A stretch of 60,393 nucleotides of DNA from a virus (taxonomy: Duplodnaviria; Caudoviricetes), in the IMG/VR virus record IMGVR_UViG_3300046028_007120, positions 1 through 60,393 of that record. One strand, given 5' to 3'. Of the stretch, positions 39,129-47,384 are shown in pieces (the stretch's first letter is position 1; the number at the start of each line of letters is the position of its first letter). The notes under the pieces were generated by a model, which worked only from the letters and a program-made list of their open reading frames with translations, was not told the origin of the DNA and searched no databases. Made by a program: the position numbers and the translations under genes.

Positions 39129-39794
39129 ATGTCATTAAAGCTTAATCTTCTAATTGGTCAAACTGCTCATGAGGATTCTTTTGAGTATATCGTAGAAGAG
39201 ACTAATCGTAATACACCGTCTAACCTTTACATCAAGGGGCCATATATGATGGCTGAAGGTATCAATAAGAATAAACGTATTTACCCAATAGACGAACTTC
39301 GTAATGAAGTCAGTCGATATAATGAAGAGATGGTCAAAACAGGAAGAGCAATGGGAGAATTAAATCACCCTGCTGCAGCTGATGTTAATTTGGAAAGAGC
39401 GTGTCATATAGTAACTGAATTATATGAAAAGGGCAATGTCTTTTACGGTAAATCTAAAGTCTTAACTACACCGTGTGGTCAGATTGTAAGATCATTAATT
39501 AATGATGGAGTTAAAGTAGGTATGTCGTCTCGTGCACTAGGTACTCTTGAAGAGCAGAGAGGTCATAATATAGTAAGAAATGTAAAGCTAATCGCTGTAG
39601 ACTGCGTAGCAGATCCATCATATCCACAAGCTATTGTATCAGCTGTATTAGAGTCTAAACAATGGATATTAAACGATCACGGAAAGTTTGAAGAAGCCTT
39701 TGATGTATTAGATAAGACGTTAAGCAAGCTACCTAAGAAAGATGTAGATGGCTTTTTATTGCAACAAATTATGAATTTTATTAACAAGCTATAA
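39129..39794 (+). CDS. gp21: Prohead protease (T4 gp21-like)
   Basis: NKNKRIY, GELNHP, TPCGQI, GMSSRALG, DCVADPS. Confidence 0.95.
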   Translation: MSLKLNLLIGQTAHEDSFEYIVEETNRNTPSNLYIKGPYMMAEGINKNKRIYPIDELRNEVSRYNEEMVKTGRAMGELNHPAAADVNLERACHIVTELYEKGNVFYGKSKVLTTPCGQIVRSLINDGVKVGMSSRALGTLEEQRGHNIVRNVKLIAVDCVADPSYPQAIVSAVLESKQWILNDHGKFEEAFDVLDKTLSKLPKKDVDGFLLQQIMNFINKL

Positions 39795-39797
39795 ATA
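39790..39797 (+). promoter_or_regulatory. T4-type late promoter TATAAATA (core-gp22-gp23)
   Basis: Perfect consensus 6 nt before the ATG at 39804. Confidence 0.75.
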
Positions 39798-39803
39798 TTG
39801 TAT

Positions 39804-39977
39804 ATGAAAGTTTCTTCTCAGAACAAACCAGGGTCAACAGACATATATAGTATACATAAATTTATTTCTGCCCTTTCTTCAAAAAACTATGCAGCAGCTA
39901 ATAAATACTTAAAGAGCGCTATTGAGTCAAAGCTCAAGAATCGAATCAACAATCAGCTCGATACACCTTTATTCTAA
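39804..39977 (+). CDS. Small prohead core-like protein (57 aa)
   Basis: Not in the ORF track. MKVSSQNKPG...NYAAANKYLKSAIESKLKNRI lies between gp21 and gp22, with a perfect TATAAATA at 39790. Confidence 0.65.
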   Translation: MKVSSQNKPGSTDIYSIHKFISALSSKNYAAANKYLKSAIESKLKNRINNQLDTPLF

Positions 39978-39980
39978 CAC

Positions 39981-40829
39981 ATGAAAGTTAAAAACATTTT
40001 ACCTGATCAAGTTAAAGATCTTCTTACTGAAGACTCTTTAAATACTATCGAGACTGCTCTTCAAGAAAAGACAGCTCTTCTTATTGAGACTGCGTTAGTA
40101 GATCAAGATGAGTTATACTCACAAAAACTGCAGCAGCTAATGAAGGCTATTGACAAAGATCATACCTCGAAGCTAAAGCGGGTGGTTGAAGCAGTAGATA
40201 TTTCAAACGCTCGTAAGTTATCAACCGTTGTCAAACGGTACGAAAAGGAGATCAATAAGAACGCCAAGTCCTTTAAAAATACCTTAGTCGAGTCTATTTC
40301 TGATTACTTAGAAGAGTATATCGACGAATCAATTCCTAAGGATGCAATTGTCGAAGCTACTAAGAATAAGACTGCTCTAAGTGTTCTAACCAATCTACGT
40401 AAAGTACTTGCTGTAGACTCCGCTCTAATGAAAGAGTCGGTTAAGGTAGCAGTTCAAGACGGAAAGACTCAGCTAGATACTCTTAGTGAGCAAATAACTA
40501 AGTTAGAAAGGGAAAACAAAATTCTTAAAGAATCTTATCTAAAGACCAAATCCGATCTTATCCTCGAAGAAAGAACATCAACTCTTCCCGATAAGAAGAA
40601 AGAGTATATCAAGAAAGTACTAGGAGATAAGACACCTAAGTTCATCGAAGAAAACTTCGATTATACCCTTAGACTCTTTGATAAGAAAGAAAAGGAAAAG
40701 ATTTCACAGCTTAAGGATGAAGCCTTTAGTCGTAGAGTAGTTAAAACTGATGCACCACGCGTCAATCTACAAGAGTCTACCACCAAAACCACTAACCCTT
40801 ACGTAGACGCTTTACAGCGTAATAGATAA
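39981..40829 (+). CDS. gp22: Prohead scaffolding protein (T4 gp22-like)
   Basis: Coiled-coil, LVESISDYLE, C-terminal NPYVDAL. Immediately before the major capsid gene. Confidence 0.85.
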   Translation: MKVKNILPDQVKDLLTEDSLNTIETALQEKTALLIETALVDQDELYSQKLQQLMKAIDKDHTSKLKRVVEAVDISNARKLSTVVKRYEKEINKNAKSFKNTLVESISDYLEEYIDESIPKDAIVEATKNKTALSVLTNLRKVLAVDSALMKESVKVAVQDGKTQLDTLSEQITKLERENKILKESYLKTKSDLILEERTSTLPDKKKEYIKKVLGDKTPKFIEENFDYTLRLFDKKEKEKISQLKDEAFSRRVVKTDAPRVNLQESTTKTTNPYVDALQRNR

Positions 40830-40847
40830 TTTTTCACCCTAATAATG

Positions 40848-40863
40848 AGGTACTTCGGTACCT
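40848..40863 (+). promoter_or_regulatory. C(UUCG)G tetraloop hairpin in the gp23 leader
   Basis: AGGTAC-TTCG-GTACCT. A second hairpin CATAGAT/ATCTATG follows at 40870-40886. Confidence 0.7.
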
Positions 40864-40916
40864 GAGTAACATAGATTCAATCTATGAAGGTCGAATAAAA
40901 GGAAAATATAAAATTT

Positions 40917-42377
40917 ATGAATAAACCACAGACATTTATTGATAGATCAAGAGCTGAGACCCTTCTAGAGAAGTGGGCTCCAGTACTTGATTTCAAGTCA
41001 AACTCAATCAAGGAAATTGAAAACGAGAACACTCGTCTCAATACTGCTATTCTTCTTGAGAATCAAGAGAAATGGTGCTTTGAGCAATCAGGTAACACCT
41101 CTGCTTTAGGATCTGCAGCTGGTAATGCTCCAACGGGCTTTACTTCAAGCGACACCTATGCTACTGGTGACTCTCGTTTGCCTAAGATCCTTATTCCAAT
41201 GATACGTCGTACGTTTCCAGAATTGATTTCCAATGAAATCGTCGGTGTACAGCCTATGTCTGGCCCAGTCGGTCTTGCTTTCGCTTTACGCTATAAGTAC
41301 GACACAGCTGGTCTCGGTTCTGGTGGTATAGACGGCTATGCTGGTGGTACTGTTAACGCTGGCACTGCCCTAGGTACACATACTACTGTTGGCAATGCTA
41401 ACGGTAGAGAGCTAGGATACCAGTATGTAGATACCAGATTCACTGGTACATCATCGGAAAGACTCTCTGGTAACGCTGCATGGTCCTTCACTCAACAAGA
41501 TCAAGGTGTTGCTGAAATCCTCAAGAACTTTGAGATTCAAAACAACATCCCACAGGTTAACGTAACCTTCGAGAAAACAGCTGTTGAAGCTGGTACTCGT
41601 AGATTAGGTGCCCGTTGGTCTGTTGAGCTCGAACAGGATCTTAAGAACATGAATGGTATCGATATCGATTCTGAAATCACTAACGCTATGTCGTATGAGA
41701 TTCAGGCCGAAATCGACCGTGAAATGATCATGAGAATGGTCCAGTCAGCTCTTAATGCACCAGGTGCTCAAGGGTACTCCTTCTGGAACCCAGCTTCTGC
41801 AGACGGTCGTTGGTTAGTTGAGAGAAATAGAGACTTCTATCAGCGGTTAATCATTGAAGCAAACAGAATCGCTGTCCGTAACCGGCGCGGTGCTGCTAAC
41901 TTCATCGTTGCTACTCCTCGTGTTTGCGCTATCCTCGAGATGCTCCCTGAATTCCAGTGGGTACCTGTACAGGGTGACGTTTCAACACAGCCAGTAGGCA
42001 TCGCCAAGATTGGCTCTGTTGGAGGTCGGTTTAGCGTTTATCGTGATACACGTACTGAAGTACAAAACGCCACTCAATATGGCACTCAAGGATACACCTC
42101 ACAAGCTGATGGATCTGCATATTCTAATACTGTAGAATACGCTCTTCTAGGCTATAAAGGTCCTGAGTTTTACGACACCGGTATCATCTACTGTCCTTAC
42201 ATTCCGATCATGGTACAAAGAACCATCGGCCCGAATGACTTCGCTCCACGTGTAGGCTTGCTTACCCGTTATGGCGTTGTCAATAACATATTCGGTTCCG
42301 AACTCTACTACCATGTCATCATTATCCAGGGCTTAGGTCAAGCGTTCACTCCATCCAATCAGTCAGTCTACTTTTGA
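40917..42377 (+). CDS. gp23: Major capsid protein (T4 gp23-like)
   Basis: LLEKWAPVL, LLENQ, IRRTFP, GVQPMSGP, R.L.A.WS.EL.QDL, EIDRE, YCPY, TRYG. Confidence 0.98.
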   Translation: MNKPQTFIDRSRAETLLEKWAPVLDFKSNSIKEIENENTRLNTAILLENQEKWCFEQSGNTSALGSAAGNAPTGFTSSDTYATGDSRLPKILIPMIRRTFPELISNEIVGVQPMSGPVGLAFALRYKYDTAGLGSGGIDGYAGGTVNAGTALGTHTTVGNANGRELGYQYVDTRFTGTSSERLSGNAAWSFTQQDQGVAEILKNFEIQNNIPQVNVTFEKTAVEAGTRRLGARWSVELEQDLKNMNGIDIDSEITNAMSYEIQAEIDREMIMRMVQSALNAPGAQGYSFWNPASADGRWLVERNRDFYQRLIIEANRIAVRNRRGAANFIVATPRVCAILEMLPEFQWVPVQGDVSTQPVGIAKIGSVGGRFSVYRDTRTEVQNATQYGTQGYTSQADGSAYSNTVEYALLGYKGPEFYDTGIIYCPYIPIMVQRTIGPNDFAPRVGLLTRYGVVNNIFGSELYYHVIIIQGLGQAFTPSNQSVYF

Positions 42378-42404
42378 TAGGTAACTAATCAAATAGACAC
42401 AATT

Positions 42405-42444
42405 AAGCCCATAGGAGAGCAATCTCCTATGGGCTTCCTATTTT
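42405..42444 (+). terminator. Probable intrinsic terminator or stabilising hairpin after gp23
   Basis: 14-bp perfect stem AAGCCCATAGGAGA-GCAA-TCTCCTATGGGCTT with a GNRA loop and an imperfect T tract. Confidence 0.75.
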
Positions 42445-42494
42445 ATAACAAACTATAAAATGATATTTTTGTACAAAAAGACATAAATAATAGT

Positions 42495-42905
42495 ATGGCA
42501 TTTACTTCATATAACAATCAAGCTCTGTCCGCTTTTGGACAAACTCCATCTAATCTTGTATGGTCTGTATCTGGTACCGGCTCGACTAAAACTGTTGAAC
42601 TGCTTACCGTTGGCACTGGTCCACACAATAGTCCTACTCTAGCATCTAAACAGGTTAGAGGTCTCCTATTTAACTCATTACCCGGTGCCGGTACTGGTAT
42701 CATGGTAACATTATCTGCGTTTAGTGGTACCAGCTTTAGAGTTGATAGAGCGCATAACGGCGCTACCTTAAGTATACTATTTACAGATAACTCATCTTCG
42801 TTCTTTGTCTGCCAAACTGCTACTGCTGTTCAGTCCTTAACTTACAACGGTTTTGACAGTGTCTCTCCAGAGGCTAGACGTCTTGCGCTATTAGGAATGT
42901 ACTAA
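42495..42905 (+). CDS. Late virion protein (possible head decoration)
   Basis: CATAAATA at 42482. S/T/G-rich beta-type sequence next to the major capsid gene. Confidence 0.6.
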   Translation: MAFTSYNNQALSAFGQTPSNLVWSVSGTGSTKTVELLTVGTGPHNSPTLASKQVRGLLFNSLPGAGTGIMVTLSAFSGTSFRVDRAHNGATLSILFTDNSSSFFVCQTATAVQSLTYNGFDSVSPEARRLALLGMY

Positions 42906-43013
42906 GATACATATACTATTTACAAAGGGTTTGCTGCTATTAGCCTTGTGTCTCTCCCTATATAGACACTTTATTGAATAGTATACCTACAATATAATAA
43001 CTGCAGCAGACAC

Positions 43014-43052
43014 AAAAAAAATGCCGTGTATCCTACGATAACACGGCATTTT
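43014..43052. terminator. Bidirectional intrinsic terminator between convergent genes
   Basis: A8-TGCCGTGT...ACACGGCA-T4 inverted repeat. Confidence 0.8.
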
Positions 43053-43073
43053 AGTATACTGTTTTAGTATCTT

Positions 43074-43247
43074 TTATGCTTCAGACACTGAGGTAGGTGC
43101 TGGAGCTACAATCTTTTCAAACTTCTTGAAAAGAATAACAGCAGCTTCAGCAACCTGAATACCGCCTGCTTTGACTGCAATATCAAGTAGCTGTAGTAAT
43201 ACTTGAGCTTCGTTTTTCGTGAATGATACGTTTGTTTCTTCTTCCAT
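43074..43247 (-). CDS. Small hypothetical protein (57 aa)
   Basis: Not in the ORF track. MEEETNVSFTKNEAQVLLQLLDIAVKAGGIQVAEAA..., with upstream TTGAAA-N16-TAAATT. Confidence 0.7.
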   Translation of the reverse strand: MEEETNVSFTKNEAQVLLQLLDIAVKAGGIQVAEAAVILFKKFEKIVAPAPTSVSEA

Positions 43248-43290
43248 AATAAACTAATTTAATATACTATTATTACATTTCAACTAGATA

Positions 43291-43887
43291 CTAGACTTCT
43301 TTCCCTTTGTTTGAAGTAATGTTAGACTTTTTTCTCTTTGCTTGAAGTAATGGTTCAACTACCGGTTCAGGCTCTACGATAACTTCGGGTTCAGGCTCTA
43401 CGATAACTTCGGGTTCAGGCTCTACGATAACTTCGGGTTCAATATTAGGTTCAGGCTCTACGATAACTTCGGGCTCTACGATAACTTCGGGCTCTACGAT
43501 AACTTCGGGCTCTACGATAACTTCGGGCTCTACGATAACTTCAGGTTCAATAATAGGTTCAGGCTCTATCACTGGAGGGAGTGGAGGAGCTGACTGTGCA
43601 GTTATCCAGGCTCTTAATGGCTCAACGCAATTAATTACAGCTTGAAATGCTGCAGCTACTTCAGGTACCTCGTTAATAGCTTGCCATAGTTTATCAGTAT
43701 GTACTGATTGTACAAAACTACCTTGACCGATTTCTTGTAAGGTAGGATTGTAAGGTAGTAGCTCAATATGAACTGATCCAGAGTCTATAGATGGTGAGTG
43801 AACATTAAGATTATATACCCACTGATCTGTGAATGTCTTTCCAGGTATCGAAGGTACGACGATTGGTGTTGGTGCAATGATTGCCAT
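43291..43887 (-). CDS. Fibre-associated protein with acidic EPEVIV repeat tail
   Basis: Globular N-terminus of about 100 aa, then (EP)EVIV repeats. Late-like motif upstream. Confidence 0.7.
   Translation of the reverse strand: MAIIAPTPIVVPSIPGKTFTDQWVYNLNVHSPSIDSGSVHIELLPYNPTLQEIGQGSFVQSVHTDKLWQAINEVPEVAAAFQAVINCVEPLRAWITAQSAPPLPPVIEPEPIIEPEVIVEPEVIVEPEVIVEPEVIVEPEVIVEPEPNIEPEVIVEPEPEVIVEPEPEVIVEPEPVVEPLLQAKRKKSNITSNKGKEV
43366..43568. repeat. Coding minisatellite (18- and 24-bp units)
   Basis: GGCTCTACGATAACTTCG occurs 8 times (5 tandem 18-mers, the last with one mismatch, plus 3 units at 24-bp period), with degenerate copies. Confidence 0.92.
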
Positions 43888-43991
43888 AATTGACTATTTA
43901 ATTAGTTTTTATAAATTTTCCACAACGATTTATTCACCTATTGAAGGTTCAGGTAATGGAGGAATAGGTATTAGATCAGACATAATAAAGG

Positions 43992-45086
43992 TTAATAATT
44001 GTTATAATATGCGCTTAGCAGAACATCTTGTGCGTAACTAGAACCAGCAAGACCATAGGTACGACCAGCAGTACCGTTACGAGGTACGCAGAAGATTCTA
44101 CCATCGAACAAAGCAACAGAACCAGCAAAACGCGGATTAGCACCTGGGTATGTACCGGTAGGTGTTGTTACTGTGTTGGTGATAGGATTATATACCCGTG
44201 CGGTTGTGGTGTTACTTGGAGTGCAAAATACATTACCGTTTGGTAGCAGTGCACCTCCTTGATGAGCTTCAGTACCAGGAAAACTAGCTGGTGTACTTGT
44301 TACTGAACCTGATACCGGGTCATATATACGTCCTGAAGTTGAGCTGAATGGTACACAGAAAACTCTACCGTCAGGTAAAAGTACACCTCCGGCGAAAGCA
44401 GTACTACCAGGAAACCCCGAAACAGTAGTTATAGCATCATTATTCGGATTAACTATATACGCCTGTGTTGAGCTGAATGGTACACAGAAAACTCTACCGT
44501 CAGGTAAAAGTACGCCACCTGCAAAAGCGTTAGAGCCAGGATAAATAGTACCTGACTCATATAATGTATTAGCTACCGGATTGTATATATAACCTCTTGT
44601 ATTACTTCTAGGTATACAGAAAACTCTACCGTCAGGTAGAAGAACACCACCATGAATACCAGAAGAACCTGGATAAGTACCAGAAGGTGTTGATACAGTG
44701 TTATCAGTAGGGTTATATATTCGTGCCGATGTTGAACTTGAAGGTACACAAAACACTCGGCCATCTTTTAAGAGAACGCCACCGATAAACGTATTTGTAG
44801 CACCGAAACCGCCCACGGTAGTAGTTAAAGTATTTGCAACTGGATCATAAATGCGTGCAGTGTTAAGATTTGATGGTACACAAAACACTCTACCATCTGT
44901 CATAAGAACACCGCCGTGCAGACCACTACTACCGGGAAATGTACCACCTGTCGCGCACAAAGTGTCAGTTATTGTAGAGTTTTGAGCCGTACTAGAAACA
45001 CTTGCTTTATACTTAGGGTAATGAGCCGGTCCGATATTAACCCAGTCTATCGTACTGCTCATATTACTGCGTAGTGTAGTTATCAT
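43992..45086 (-). CDS. Seven-repeat beta-propeller (kelch-like) protein
   Basis: Seven repeats of about 43 aa, GGVLLPDGRVFCVP...IYxP. A 47-bp identical stretch occurs at 44338-44384 and 44467-44513. Confidence 0.8.
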   Translation of the reverse strand: MITTLRSNMSSTIDWVNIGPAHYPKYKASVSSTAQNSTITDTLCATGGTFPGSSGLHGGVLMTDGRVFCVPSNLNTARIYDPVANTLTTTVGGFGATNTFIGGVLLKDGRVFCVPSSSTSARIYNPTDNTVSTPSGTYPGSSGIHGGVLLPDGRVFCIPRSNTRGYIYNPVANTLYESGTIYPGSNAFAGGVLLPDGRVFCVPFSSTQAYIVNPNNDAITTVSGFPGSTAFAGGVLLPDGRVFCVPFSSTSGRIYDPVSGSVTSTPASFPGTEAHQGGALLPNGNVFCTPSNTTTARVYNPITNTVTTPTGTYPGANPRFAGSVALFDGRIFCVPRNGTAGRTYGLAGSSYAQDVLLSAYYNNY

Positions 45087-46003
45087 ATAAGGTTACCAGA
45101 GACATTGTATGTGTTAGCTGCGGTACACACGATAGAAGCAGCTGCATGAATACCTGCTGTAGTTCTAACACTACCGAACGAGTTTAAAGTATTACCGGTA
45201 CCAGCCACTATCGTTACTGCACCTGCACCGCCTTGTATTATCATTACATTATAACCAGTACTTACAGTATTCTGTGTAGGTAGTGTAGCACTAACAGATG
45301 CAGCGTTTGTAACAGTAAGTACAGTACCAGAATGAGTTAGGTTAAGTGTTAAGGTAGCTGCAGCTGAGGTTACAGCTACACGATCAACTTTAAGAGGAGT
45401 TGTAATTGTACCTAACTTATCAACAGTAAATACAGACGCTAAAGCTGATGCACCTGTGGTACTTGTTTGTAGCTCTATCAGGTCACTAGTTGCGCCGCTA
45501 GCTGTATTAAGTACAGCTACTTTAAACGCTGTAGGATTACCTGTGGTATTCCATGTCTGTAAAACGTGTAGAGCACTACCTGACAGTGCACCTGATCCCG
45601 CTAATTCAGTATCTCTTATATCTAACTTACCTGCAGGTACATTAGTACCAATTCCTATATTAGTATTAGAGATTACAAATGTATTTGAGTTATACGGTCC
45701 CATTGTAACCACATCAATTAAAGCAGAATCTACTTGAATTATCGGTAATCCTGCTGCATCATTAACAGAAAATATAGTACCAGTTAAAGAATCAGAAACA
45801 CTAAGTAATCTACCAGTTGCTCCATCTATAGAGAATCTATCAAGCGCACTTGTTGCAGATGTGTAACTAGTTATATTTAACCCACCAGCATTATCGTACG
45901 ATAATCGAGGCGCTGTAGAAAGGGGAGTAATTACACTTGATCCCGCTGATTGAGAATCAAAAATAATAGAGCCTGATGCTGGTACCATTAATACGTTTGC
46001 CAT
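45083..46003 (-). CDS. Tail-fibre-like virion protein
   Basis: FSIDG..G.L.SV.D.L.G.IFSVND..G.P, IGIGT, and a module shared with the 2540-aa fibre. Confidence 0.72.
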   Translation of the reverse strand: MANVLMVPASGSIIFDSQSAGSSVITPLSTAPRLSYDNAGGLNITSYTSATSALDRFSIDGATGRLLSVSDSLTGTIFSVNDAAGLPIIQVDSALIDVVTMGPYNSNTFVISNTNIGIGTNVPAGKLDIRDTELAGSGALSGSALHVLQTWNTTGNPTAFKVAVLNTASGATSDLIELQTSTTGASALASVFTVDKLGTITTPLKVDRVAVTSAAATLTLNLTHSGTVLTVTNAASVSATLPTQNTVSTGYNVMIIQGGAGAVTIVAGTGNTLNSFGSVRTTAGIHAAASIVCTAANTYNVSGNLI

Positions 46004-46021
46004 TATAATTATTTATTAGAG

Positions 46022-46699
46022 TTATTTTATATTGAATCTAGATTTAGTAGCATTAAAGTTTTGTAGAACTTCCTGTGCTGTTAGAGCTTTATTGTAGACT
46101 TTGCAAATTGCAAGACTGCCATTATAAAAGTAGCTAGGAGAGCCGCCTCCATACGCTCCAATACGACCGCCTCCACTATCGGTAGGTATAGTACCGCTCC
46201 GGGTATCAGCACTTACCAACACGCTATTAATATAAAGCCTTTTAAATCCAGAGGAATATGTTCCGACTACCTGATACCAATTAGAAGTATTCATGTACGT
46301 TGACGTAACAACAGATAAATCACTTTGCCCGCCTGCTAGAGTTCTCCATTTTATAAGAGTGCCTTCCTGGAATAAAGAGTATTGGGTATTTACAGATCCT
46401 TTCTCAAACCAAAAACCATTTTGCGTGGTTGCATTAGTTTTAATCCACACTTCTACAGATGGTGTCTGTGTATTGAAGTCTGTATCATTCGGTATATCGA
46501 TATACTTGTTACTTGAAAACTCAAAACTTTTAATTTTTGAAGAACTATATGTTGGTGTATTAATAAGCGAGCCGTTTTTACGTCGTCTGCTTCTATCTGT
46601 AAAGACAGCACCGGTACCAGCATAACTCTTTACATCTGCTGCATCGAGGTGAAGTACTAACCCTTCATTTTCTATTCTTGGACCAGTACTTGAGCTCAT
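46022..46699 (-). CDS. LamG/concanavalin-A-like lectin domain virion protein
   Basis: GLVLHLDAA..SY.G.G, W.QVVGTY, YNKALT..EV.QNFNA..RF. Confidence 0.85.
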   Translation of the reverse strand: MSSSTGPRIENEGLVLHLDAADVKSYAGTGAVFTDRSRRRKNGSLINTPTYSSSKIKSFEFSSNKYIDIPNDTDFNTQTPSVEVWIKTNATTQNGFWFEKGSVNTQYSLFQEGTLIKWRTLAGGQSDLSVVTSTYMNTSNWYQVVGTYSSGFKRLYINSVLVSADTRSGTIPTDSGGGRIGAYGGGSPSYFYNGSLAICKVYNKALTAQEVLQNFNATKSRFNIK

Positions 46700-47382
46700 A
46701 GGTTATACCTCCCTCTAGCAGCGTTAAAGTTCTGTCGTATCTCATCAGTAGTTAAAGCCCTATTATAAACTCTAAAAGTAGAACAGCTCATAGGTATAGA
46801 ATAACCGGTAGCAGTTCTCCAACCTGATATTCTTCCAAGACCGCTATTAAAATTTCTATTACCAGTATTCTCTGTACCTACTTGTTGTGATAGTGTCTGC
46901 TGAACTGTATTAACAAACATCTTATTATTAGTATAGCTAACATCGCTTCTCATTTCGAACACATAGTGTTTCCAATTATTAACTAACCCTAAGCTAGTGA
47001 CCGTAGCAGACGATATACCATAAAGATCTCCAGCACCTGTATTAAACCCTATATGACTGGTTACACCGGTAACATCATAAATGTTCCATCCGAAAAACAT
47101 TCTATTATTATAACCTGCTCCAATCTTTGCCCACATTTCAACTGTTGTAGTAGTACCTAAGCTAGGTGCAAAGAAGTCTACATAATCATCAACACCGTCA
47201 AAAACTAATGCACCTGAGTTAGCAGTATTATATGACAAACTATTAACCAGTGTTGCATTATTTCTATTACCGCTTCTATCTATCCAGGAAGTTCCAGTTC
47301 CTGGATAGCTCTTTCTATCGACAGCATCTAAACACAATACTAACCCACTAGTGACAATTTTGCTTTGGTAATTACAAGCCAT
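46696..47382 (-). CDS. LamG/concanavalin-A-like lectin domain virion protein (paralog)
   Basis: GLVLCLDA...SYPGTG, FDGVDDY, YNRALT..EI.QNFNA. Confidence 0.85.
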   Translation of the reverse strand: MACNYQSKIVTSGLVLCLDAVDRKSYPGTGTSWIDRSGNRNNATLVNSLSYNTANSGALVFDGVDDYVDFFAPSLGTTTTVEMWAKIGAGYNNRMFFGWNIYDVTGVTSHIGFNTGAGDLYGISSATVTSLGLVNNWKHYVFEMRSDVSYTNNKMFVNTVQQTLSQQVGTENTGNRNFNSGLGRISGWRTATGYSIPMSCSTFRVYNRALTTDEIRQNFNAARGRYNL

Positions 47383-47384
47383 AT

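Noticed and set aside
40832-43008. Hammerhead ribozyme or K-turn in the two structured intergenic elements
   Set aside because: The CUGAnGA/GAAA core is absent and the tandem GA register does not fit a K-turn.
43366-43568. Possible CRISPR array
   Set aside because: The units are contiguous 18/24-bp in-frame coding repeats with no unique spacers and no cas genes.
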